Of a stretch of DNA of 64,000 nucleotides, positions 40,201 to 52,200 are shown one piece after another. A model generated the notes under the pieces. It was not told the origin of the DNA, ran no database searches, and saw only the letters and a list, made by a program, of their open reading frames with translations. The number at the start of each line of letters is the position of its first letter. The stretch's first letter is position 1. The stretch comes from Phoronis australis (taxonomy: Eukaryota > Animalia > Phoronida), in assembly GCA_002633005.1 (NCBI GenBank), contig NMRA01000034.1:1363540-1427539 (forward strand). Reading direction: 5' to 3'. The position numbers were made by a program, and so were the translations under genes.

Positions 40201-43200
40201 TCGTCCTGTGCTGTTGTCTCTAGCAATATGTCCGGGATAATCAACGAACCTTATTTTTGCTAAAAATGACATGAAAAAGGTTGCCTTCGCCTTTAACACT
40301 TGAGGGTGATATAAAGGTCATGACAAATTAAAAGAGGTACACGGATGGCGATTGGCGATACACTGTAAATACTTTTTAGAAATCCTCGCGGTAACTTTGA
40401 AACCATTTCTGTTGTTTAGAACACAAAATTTTGTCCCACGTGGTTCCTAGCCCTGCCATACGGGAAACCATCCTGGAAATTTATTGAACATTAGTATCTC
40501 CCGACTGTATCTATCTACATTTAGTTACACTGACTGGGGTGGGCACGAGAAATAGGCCTTCGACAACAGTGTCTGCTGTGTGTTATGTTCGCAAAATATG
40601 AAAAGGGTAAAATAACGTGGAATGCTGGTCTAAGAGGAAACAATAACAGTTTTGACAACGGCAATCTTTCTGATGGTTAGACTCACAGCATGCAAATTTT
40701 GGTTTTGTTATTTTCTGGAAATGTTTTGAAACTAAGCTTCAAATTCAGCAACATCTCTTTCGTGTCTGAGATGAAACAATTGTGAATTGTACAGAGCATG
40801 TTCTCGTCTGGAACCATCTCGTCAGAATACATATAAAAATGTCATTATACATGTACCTTGCGGTATTGTCCAACCAGCTTGTGTACAGGTCATCCCGGAG
40901 TAGTCGTCTGATATTTGAGGCAGACATATTGGTTGAACGCTCTCGCTAAATTGAATTGGATACTTGATCTTCAATAAGGCAACGTTGAAATTTTTGTTAT
41001 TGTTGGACTGAAATTTAAACACAAACAAATGGTTGAACACCTTCGTATTGTCAGCCATATTAAACACAATACTGAATCAAACCAGTGTTTGGAATTGCTT
41101 ACTTGACATCAGTTAGGGTTTGTGTGTCGCATGCGTGAGAACATGCAGTTGAAGCCGCAGCACTTCCGTAATTATGGCACCAATGCCCAACAACCAGCTA
41201 AGTCTAAGTAATGAGTTATAGACAGACCAGGTATACTGTAGCTCATTGGTCTAGGTAATTATGGAACGACCTCAGCGTCACCTGGTGATGACACTTTCCC
41301 ACCTTGTCACGATTCAGTTGGATGAGTAGGACGTTGGTGTTAATGACGGAGAGTTGGGAGCCATGTGCCAGTACTTGTAGAATAAACAACTGACATTCAA
41401 TTTGCAGCAGTTAACCGAAACTCATGACTGAGGAATCGCATCGGGCACTTGACTAATAGGGTATCATTAGAGATTTGTGCTATTCTGGCTTTCCACGATA
41501 TTTATCGGAAGTTCGGCGACACTTTTATGATTTCCTTAGTATTCGTATAAACTGGTCGTAATGAATCAATTCGAATTGAGCGTGGTGAACATGATACACT
41601 TGGATATTTCATGTCCTGCCAGCTGTAGAGTCCTACTATATGTCTGGCGCATCTTATGACGTGGGCGAAGCATAACTATAGATTTTAACTCGGTAAAAGT
41701 ATTATTTTCTGAAAGGCAGACCGCATGCAGAATTTGATATGAGACTTTCGTGATCTGTCATTTATTGCGTCACGTGACCATGCTTAACGAAAAAGAAAGT
41801 TACATTGATAACAAAACAACGGTATCAATAACTTGATCAAATTCTGTTTGTTAGCAATATCCGGAATGACAGCTCAAAAACACGTTGGTTTTCTGAAATA
41901 TCATTTTGCATTCGAGTAATGCAACTTTGGAGTTTTTTCATGAAAATTGTGTCTTTATTTTTCGATAACCCCTCATGCAAAAGTGGAACATTTTGAAAGT
42001 GTTTTGGAGAATACATGTGTAGTACATAAAAAAAATTTTAGGTCTATATGAATCCGCTCAGCCACATCTAAGATATGATATTCCGAAATTAGCCAAATTT
42101 GAACAATTTTCTAGAGCCCTAGTATATAACCTTAAAGGAGAGTATACCAGACACCTTTGGCTTGAGCATTGAAAATAGCCTTCAAAACTGACTCACGGAC
42201 GCGACAAGAGCGTTCCATTTTTCACATAAGCGCGTTCAATAGCTGGAACTTACGTTATATTTTGGATGCACGTAAATTTTCTCGACATCCAGGGACTGTT
42301 CTGTGGTATCTGGTAGAAACAGAGAATGCTCACCGGCCACCACTGTATATTTGGAAGGGTTCTGATTCCTACAAGTAAATTTCATCAAATAGTGATTCTA
42401 TTCGCGCCGCATGGCGACTCTCCAATGGTTCGTATTTTTGGTCACAAGAGATGATGTGCAAGAAAGGCTAACTACATAATATAGAAACGAAAGGTCGTTA
42501 TTTCCCTCAGTTACTTGAAATGGCCATCTGTCAGTATGATGTAGACCTTCCATTGCACTCGTGTGGTTTAAAAGGAGTTTGGCAATTTTTAATTCGGATA
42601 TTGTATCTTGGACGGTCTTTGCCTGCTACATGTACATATCTGCATAACTATGTTCAATTCCAACATTTGACCTCTGCACAATCCCTCTTCCTTGTAGTAA
42701 GGGTTTCGTTTTTCATCGAATGTTATTAATTAAGCTGTAAATGATTTCCACAGACGCCTAGAAGATTTCTTTGTAATTGCTAGAAATCATTCATTAATCG
42801 GATCGGGGAATCTCGCGGCCGCGTCGTCATTGCTATGTGTCTAGAGCTGGAAAACTTCTTTCTATAAACATATCCATGAACACTTGCACTACACATTTTT
42901 GTTAAAACAGCAATTCAGAATTCAAGGCTCTCACCAGCTGTATTTTTTCTTTAGGAAAATTACCGTAGTGCCAAGATATCGCACGAGTTACTTAGTGGCA
43001 TGTAACAATACACGGGACCACGGTTTCGTCCGCCATTTTATTTAGATATGGAATAATAACGTGTAGTAGACAGAAGAAGGTGTTAAAACCATTTTTCAAA
43101 CGTCACCAATTAAGTTCTCAGAAGGCAGCCATTATATTATTTAAAAAAAATGTAACAGAGCAAGTCTCCACTGAACATCAAAAATGTGTATTTCCTCTCA

Positions 43201-46200
43201 TCAGGCATACGTTTCAGTTCAATTGCACATGATAACGATCAATTTTCATAAAGGCAAAGGAAGGAAACACCCTTCTCCTGAGCCTGTCGCTAGCGAAGTC
43301 CCCGACACATACAGTCGCGCCCACATGCCCACGTAACAAAGGCATTAGCATAAGAATAACTGAACATTTGCAACTAAATAAGAATAACAATAAGCGTAAA
43401 GTTACGAACGTCCCGTCACATATCTTTTCTAAAACATTTGAGATAGTTAATTTTCATGTCTAAAACCACGTGCACTCCATTTTGGTGGTTGTTTTAGAAT
43501 GCCACTGAAGAAACACGGAAACTAATTTCTATATCGTCTTGCAGTTCTTGGACACTAAATGTAGACAGGCAGTGTTTCAAGGCTTGCGCTGGTAGCGCGG
43601 AAACTTTAGAAGGCTTACGCGGTTTAATTACATAATTATGAAAAACCCATAACGCTCAATCATCGTGAGAGACCGTCCGGAGTTGGTATATGGTGCAACT
43701 CGGGACGGTCTGGGGTCTACAGGTACAGTTCAACTGTGAGTGTACACCAATGTGATAAACGAGAGTAGTTCTACTTGCTGCGTCAGCTGCTCATGCTTAT
43801 CTCTTTTATGACACACAATGTGTGACTGGGCAAAGCGTTTTCAAAATAATGTGGACAAATCAGTGGAGTGTGAGACCACTGAGGTCCCTGTCAAGTCCTC
43901 ACGGCAATTGTACGTTATGCCGATGCGTATTGAGTGTGATGCCATCTGGAAGGTTTGCATGGCTGAGTGCATCGCCAGTGGATATCTGCGTACTGGGTAC
44001 ACAGTTATGTGATTGTGAGATCTCACGGTTTCAAACGGAGCAACATCGTTTGCACTTTGGACCAGCGGGCAGAGCTTACTGAATATGGCTTGCAGTGGTC
44101 AGTGATCTGACTGTACAATTAATTCTACTGGCTTCGCGAAAACGAAGCAGTGGAACTTGCGACAGCTGTTAACTATGGCAAGAAACTTCTTCTCTGGCTG
44201 TAATCCTTCTCGGGCTGTATCAGGGCACGAGGTGTATAAGCTACAGGTCTGTCTTCCTGCCGTAGAACTCCGCCAAATGCGCAGCTGCTAGCGCCACACT
44301 GTAAGACCCGTTTTGCGTAAATAGTTACACCCCAGTACCGGCCGCTGACATTTCGTTATGTCGAAAGTCTCCTCCCAGTGCTTGGATTTCACCAACGTAA
44401 TTCTGTGTCCTTTGTGATTACGTCCCGGAGAGCTGCATCCACTTCGCTCATCTGAGGAATAAAATTCTTAAGGTTCTGGACGATGCCTGGAAATCCTCTG
44501 CGGAATATCGGCATGTCAGTTACGGCCTAAACCTTATCTGGGTCAGGTTGGAGACCTTTTTCTTGCATGATGTGACCGACATATTTGACACTGGATTTTT
44601 TTTCTGGCACTTTTCGAAGTTCAGGCAGAGGTTGTATTTTGTTGCTCTCTATTGTTCTCAAGGATTTTGTCGTCACGGTGGTTGTCAACAGTGGGGAACC
44701 ATTCAGAATGTCGTTCGTGATCGTTGTTGCTCTCAGCCTTCCCAGTCCTTCGCGCATGAAGTCCATGATACGTTGAAAACATTCTCGAGTTGTCGCCACA
44801 CCATATAGTTGAAGAGTCCGTCAATATCGTCCAATAACTGTTTTGAAGGTAGTAGTTAGGAGACTCGATTCGTAGCCGAGCTGGATTTGCACGAAACTGT
44901 TCTTTGCATCAAGTGTTGACAAAATTGCAGTTTGTAAATGATGTCAAAACCTCTTCCACCGTGGGAAGGGGCTGTAGTACTCTCTCCGTATTCCTTGACA
45001 GAAGTCTTTAGGGTTTAGGCACATGCGAACCTTTTCACCCTTCTTTATGACTACCATCGAATTTACCCAGTGGGTGGGCTCATCGACTTTTCATGAACAC
45101 ATTTTTCAGATGTAGAGCCTTTGGTTGACGCCAAAGTGAATTCGTAATAGTAAGTGGTCTAAACCAAAAATTGTTTAGTGATAGAAGGTGGGGTTTATAC
45201 ACGAAATCTCAACCTGTGACCTTACTCAACCTTACTGTATACAACTTGCTGACGTCAAGATCCAGCTTTCATCAATGATGGCTCCTGCGCACATGCCGAC
45301 AAAGGTCAATTTCTCGTGAATTTTTACCTGAATAATATTGAAACCATTGTTAAAGAAATATCTCCTTGCTTACTAACTAAAACATAATTTATAATTATGG
45401 TTTACCAATAACATAAAACGTGTTAAACGCTTCTTTGCCCTGTTGACAATTGAAAATGGTTTCCATATTTGAATGGAGGCAGGTATAGGTAAGTTTAAAA
45501 GTCATCATATAAGAGGTACGGAAAACATTCGGCAGTCAAATTCTCCATAATGACTTGTTTGATTTGGCCTGTCTTCTTGCAGGGCATTTGGATGTCAATG
45601 ATCTTATTACAAAATGTCCATAAAAGAAAGGGTTAACTTATTATTTTAGGTTATTTTACCATTCTGTCGGTGTGTAAATCGGGACAGCACTCTTGGATTC
45701 ATCTGGTATAAAGTGGGGTGGGTACTTACATGTAGCTGTAGACGTGAACTCAGAGTAGGATAACATGGTGAAGCACGTTTAAACTCGTTATTACGGGTGC
45801 ATAATCAAGAGCGATATTTATCTGTCTCGTGACGTCTCTTGTATTACGTGAAATGCCCAGCGAACCTCTTGACATAATCATCATCGTGTCTAATACTAAC
45901 AGACCCCCAACAATCACTATTCACCTTCCCAAAACCAGTGCCAATCCTTTAAAATCCCCATCCACCTCCCAAACCCAATGCCAATCCGTTACAATCACTA
46001 CCCACCTCCCCAAACCTAGCACCAATCCCTTACAATCATTATCCTCCTTCCCAAACCCAGTGCCAATTCCTTACAATCACCATCCACTTCCTCAAACCCA
46101 GTGCCAATCCCTTACCATCACAATCCACCTCCTCAAACCCAGTGCCAATCCCTTACAATCACTATCCTCCCAAAACCAGTGCCAATCCCTTACAACCCCG

Positions 46201-49200
46201 TCCACCTCCCCAAACCCAGTGCTAATCCTTTACAATTACCATCCACCTGCTCAAACCCAGCGACAATCCCATACAATCGCTGTCCACCTCAAAACCAGTG
46301 CCAATCCCTTACAACCCCATCCACCTCCCCAAACCCAGTGTCAATCCTTTACAATCAATATCCACCTCCCCAAATCCAGTGCCAATCCCTAATAAGCCCC
46401 ATCCACCTCTCCAAACCCAGTGCCAATCCCTTACAATCCCCATCCACCTTCCCAAACGCNNNNNNNNNNNNNNNNNNNNNNNNNNNNNNNNNNNNNNNNN
46501 NNNNNNNNNNNNNNNNNNNNNNNNNNNNNNNNNNNNNNNNNNNNNNNNNNNNNNNNNNNNNNNNNNNNNNNNNNNNNNNNNNNNNNNNNNNNNNNNNNNN
46601 NNNNNNNNNNNNNNNNNNNNNNNNNNNNNNNNNNNNNNNNNNNNNNNNNNNNNNNNNNNNNNNNNNNNNNNNNNNNNNNNNNNNNNNNNNNNNNNNNNNN
46701 NNNNNNNNNNNNNNNNNNNNNNNNNNNNNNNNNNNNNNNNNNNNNNNNNNNNNNNNNNNNNNNNNNNNNNNNNNNNNNNNNNNNNNNNNNNNNNNNNNNN
46801 NNNNNNNNNNNNNNNNNNNNNNNNNNNNNNNNNNNNNNNNNNNNNNNNNNNNNNNNNNNNNNNNNNNNNNNNNNNNNNNNNNNNNNNNNNNNNNNNNNNN
46901 NNNNNNNNNNNNNNNNNNNNNNNNNNNNNNNNNNNNNNNNNNNNNNNNNNNNNNNNNNNNNNNNNNNNNNNNNNNNNNNNNNNNNNNNNNNNNNNNNNNN
47001 NNNNNNNNNNNNNNNNNNNNNNNNNNNNNNNNNNNNNNNNNNNNNNNNNNNNNNNNNNNNNNNNNNNNNNNNNNNNNNNNNNNNNNNNNNNNNNNNNNNN
47101 NNNNNNNNNNNNNNNNNNNNNNNNNNNNNNNNNNNNNNNNNNNNNNNNNNNNNNNNNNNNNNNNNNNNNNNNNNNNNNNNNNNNNNNNNTCACTATCCAC
47201 CTCCCAAACCCAGTGCCAATCCCTTACAATCGCTATCCGCCTTCCCAAACCCAGTGCCAATCCCTTACAATCATCACTCGTCACTAGATTTACTACATAA
47301 CTCCACCACTACCGCCATCACAACAGTCATCACCAAAATAAACGATAAATATAAATCCAATTATAAGACTATTTTAGATTGTCGTTAAAATATAATTTTT
47401 CTCACATGAGGGCAGTAAAATAGCATTCCATAAATTTATAGCTTATAGCAAGGCTTTACCGTCCATGGATAGAAGCCCTTTGGTGTTTCACCACCGCCTT
47501 GGACTCTGCCACCATTCCCGAATCTGTTTTCTCCACACACTGGATCTGTCAGTAAAGAATACTTCAAGATATATTGAACACTATGTCGGTAGATTTTAAT
47601 GAGAGTCTTTCCAGTTACCNNCCCCCCCCCCCCCCCCCTCCTCCCGATGGTAATTTTAGGGATTTCATGTCAATCTCGGTCTGCATGGATTGCATTTTTC
47701 AATTCTTGGATGACCAGAATGACAGTGTTTGCCATATGCGGTGCACACCGTGGGGTTTTCTGTTGAAGTGACGAAATAAGTCATGTACCCAATGCGGTCA
47801 CGCTGTTATCGACGAGGTCAAGTGCAACGTGGTACTTTTAATTGTTCCTGATTCTGTCACTAGTAGACCTACACTGAGACGCAAGAGGACATTGTAAATG
47901 AATGACCCGTGGTTGGGTATATTTTAACTAGTAAAAAATCGACCTGAATGGTGGTCCACCACCAAGTCACGGTCATTCTTTGTCGAATCCTCTGCAATAC
48001 ATGTATTTCATTTACCTACAAGTATAGGCTTACTTACTATTAGTTTGCTTTCCCGTGGCCGTTTTCTGGTCAACTTTACCGGTTTTGCCTGCAAAAACAG
48101 GGTCTAAGTGAATAAAAAGTTTGACAAGATGGCCGTCATGCTCGTCTCCCTGTCAACAGAGACGGTACCTATACAACCTGTACTTTGCTGGTCAGTAAAT
48201 GCTCAGCATCCAGAAGGTAAAGAAAATGTCCCATGCTTTCACGTTCTACAATACAGCAAATTACACGTGCGCATTACGTTGCTTGAATCTTCAGTTTCTC
48301 ACATGACAGCTAGTTTATTATTGCATATAAATGATTTAGACACCAATCGCGAGGGTAATATAAACGAATAAGGACCGATCCATAGAGTTGTAGGTTAGGC
48401 CTATATATGATCGGAGAAAGCGGACTATCGATAACGCAAGCTCCACGTTTTTGTTTTCTGCTATCGACTTACCAGGGCAGTATGGAGAAGAGCTGTAGGT
48501 TTGCGTCAAAGACGGAAACTCGTTGCACCCTCGTGTGCTGCAGCAGAAGTCACACGATTTGCCAACGGGAACAAGACCATCCTTACATTCTGGGGGATTT
48601 CTTCTGTATTGTTGATCACAATACTAAAAGTGAATTGGCGATTGTCGGTCATTAGTGTGTCAAAAAGATTTTCTCTTCTAGTTTGCGTAGCAGCACGCCG
48701 TTTCAGATGCAGTACTAGTAAACAAGCGCTACAAACATGTCATCCGACGGGGCCTTAATTACTTATGGAAAGGTTATTTGGCATGGCATTCCAAGATTGC
48801 GATTACCATTTAAGCGTTACTGTGGGGAATTTTCCTATCTAAGTTACGCAGGTAAATAACGTACGTAAACATGTTTTGTGCACGTATAATTTTCGCTGAA
48901 ATTACAACATTCAACGAGAAACTGATTTTGAATGTGAGTCACACATTTCAGAACATTATGTCACTGGGTAAATGTATGGCACGTGGTTTCTCAAAAGTGA
49001 TCCGTTGCTTCCTGTCTACTTGGCAGTGCAACTGGTGCCTCACCGGGAGGGATCAAGGTGCATTCCATTAACTCAATTTTCAATAACCAAAACTGACAGT
49101 CCTTAAGAACTCCCACTTTGACAAGAGACATTATTGACAGCATTAATAGATAAGTTGCCACGTGACCAGCGTTCCCCTCACTAAGGACTATACTTGCTTA

Positions 49201-52200
49201 TCTGCGGGGTTATACTTACTGCAAGGGTAGTGTTTTAATATTGCCAGAGGTTATACTTACATATTTGCGGGATTCTACTTATTGTTAATAAGGGTATAGC
49301 GTTTTATAGTATTTCACGGGGTCATACTTACTTATCTGCGTGGTTATACTTACTGCAACTGATGCACAGGACTTGGTGATGACTACATCGTCACACTTGG
49401 GAGCATGTATAGTAGTGATGCAAAGGGGCTGAAGAGAATCAATGAGTCAACGTTATACGTCGTTATCATCCTCTCCAAAGTCCTCATCATTCTCATTATT
49501 TTAATCAGTCAGTGATCTCTCTCTCTCTCTTTGTGGAGTGCAAGGTAGAATTCACGGTCTCAAAGGATTTACTAGTGCAATAGCTTTTATATGTTGATCC
49601 AACAGCCCTAGTGACCTTGGTCGCGCAAGCACGTACTTGCCAACCCATGCGTGTCGAAAAGAGGTAGGTTGGCGAACTGTTGCAATTTCCTTCGTTTCGA
49701 AACCTCAATTTGTTGAAACGTAAAAACACATTTTGGGAGGAAAAGCTAAAACTTGAAAGCAACAAATCACAAATCATTGTTACTTTGTTGAACAGGAGGC
49801 TGAGATAATTTTCGAAGCACCCGCCATCGCGCGAGAATTGCCAACATGCTTTCAATTTTTGAGAGGCGTGCAATGTCAAAAGTCGGAGCCGTAAATGTTA
49901 CAATGTGTGTATTTTATCACCTTTACGCGAAGGCTTCAGAAAGTTAAATGACCTTACCATCCCAGTGATTTTAAGCTATTTGTACACCCCGCGTTTTCCT
50001 TTTTTCTGGTGTTTCCACGATGTTCGTTTTACACTGTTCGGTCTTACAGAACACAAATCAGACGGAAAAGAAGCGACCAGACGAAAATAAATGCTTTTTG
50101 TTTCATTATTTTCTATAGGTCGACACATTAAGGTAACATAATGAGAATCAATTGACGACATCCGTCAGGTCTCGCATGAGGTTTCGATATCGTCCGTCTG
50201 GTTGATTTTCTGAAAAACAACACAGTTATGCAGGAGCGCAGCAATGCTACAGTGAAAAAAAAACGAGCACCAAACTGATAAGACAACTTTTTTCCAATAA
50301 CAATTTTCTGATGCGGTAGGTCTGACTAGTGAAATGCAGTATGCGTTGGAAGTGATGCAAATTTGATAGGCTACTGCGTAAATCGTTAGAGTTGGCAGGC
50401 TTGTTTACACACTCCAGAATTTGCAAATGTAGGTGGAATAGCCCGAATGACCTTCAATGCCACCGTGTCTTGATGGTGTCGCTAAGTGCCGCTTTTTAAG
50501 AATGAAGGGCAATGCTCGAAACGTTAGGATCTAGATACCGGTATCAACATTCGTTTTCTTATACAGTTTTGGGTATCATGAAACAGAACAGTAAAAATAT
50601 GTGATTAGGTCATGTGATGAGGCTACAGAGAGGTGGCGTGCTGATCAGACTTAAAATGTTTGCGATATGAAGTAGAACATTAATTATCTGAAGTTGGAGT
50701 TGGAATCTAGAGATTAGATTTCTGGCCCTGATGTGGCGTACGATAAGTTTTTAGTGGCTTTGCTATGAAGAATCGTTCGAGTCGTACAATCACTGCATGC
50801 GTGTTAGTTCTGATCAAGTGATATACCTTGTTGCATGGTTCACGTAAGGGTATTTATCCACAGAACTGTGCACTGAAATCAACCTTAAGCTCCTTTTGGC
50901 AACGCCACTCTCTCTAATAAGACTATTTTATAAAATCTTATCGTGTTGAGTATGTTGAGCAGTAGTTGTATTCGACAATTGTATACCACATGGCTTTACG
51001 GCTGATGTCGAGAAAGCGTTATGTGACCCATTTGATTGGACATCAGCATTCAAATATGTGGGAAAAAATAATAAGAACATTGTTTCGATGACAACCCAAT
51101 AGTCCATTTCTTCAGATACGTTTTGCCGACTAAGCTATTTCGCCNGCGTTTTCCTTTTTTCTCGTGTTTCCACGATGTTCGTTTTACACTGTTCGGTCTT
51201 ACAGAACACAAACCAGACGGAAAAGAAGCGACCAGACGAAAATAAATGCTTTTTGTTTCATTATTTTCTATAGGTCGACACATTAAGGTAACATAATGAG
51301 AATCAATCGACGACATCCGTCAGGTCTCGCACCGTGTCTTGATGGTGTCGCAAAGTGCCGCTTTTTAAGAATGAAGGGCAATGCTCGAAACGTTAGGATC
51401 TAGATACCGGTATCAACATTCGTTTTCTTATACAGTTTTGGCTATCATGAAACAGAACAGTAAAAATATGTGATTAGGTCATGTGATGAGGCTACAGAGA
51501 GGTGGCGTGCTGATCAGACTCAAAATGTTTGCGATATGAAGTAGAACATTAATTATCTGAAGTTGGAGTTGGAATCTAGAGATTAGATTTCTGGCCCTGA
51601 TGTAGCGTACGATAAGTTTTTAGTGGCTTTGCTATGAAGAATCGTTCGAGTCGTACAATCACTGCATGCGTGTTAGTTCTGATCAAGTGATATACCTTGT
51701 TGCATGGTTCACGTAAGGGTATTTATCCACAGAACTGTGCACTGAAATCAACCTTAAGCTCCTTTTGGCAACGCCACTCTCTCTAATAAGACTATTTTAT
51801 AAAATCTTATCGTGTTGAGTATGTTGAGCAGTAGTTGTATTCGACAATTGTATACCACATGGCTTTACGGCTGATGTCGAGAAAGCGTTATGTGACCCAT
51901 TTGATTGGACATCAGCATTCAAATATGTGGGAAAAAATAATAAGAACATTGTTTCGATGACAACCCAATAGTCCATTTCTTCAGATACGTTTTGCCGACT
52001 AAGCTATTTCGCCGCCTGTAACTTCATGCGCGCACTCAGGGGGTGGGGGCGGGGTAGGGCTCGTATTAATGAGCCCCCCATTTGGCGAAATGGGCCAAAA
52101 GGTCCGCCTCAGAGAATCAAAATGTCCGAAAAAGTACAAAACGAGACGAAAGTCAAACAAAAAGGCCGGAATTTGGCGAATGCAGAGTCGTAGCTCTGAA

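Noticed and set aside
40822-41400. Initial reading of the trypsin-like ORF as an isolated pseudogene fragment
   Set aside because: 41007-40857 is one exon of an intact, phase-consistent nine-exon chain.
45829-47388. Long Pro/Gln-rich ORFs in the ORF track
   Set aside because: They are translations of a 40-bp satellite and an n gap.
47670-47759. Possible extra Cys-containing exon (ENPTVCTAYGKHCHS) in the pseudoprotease linker
   Set aside because: Good acceptor, but only a weak donor before an in-frame stop; the model is complete without it.
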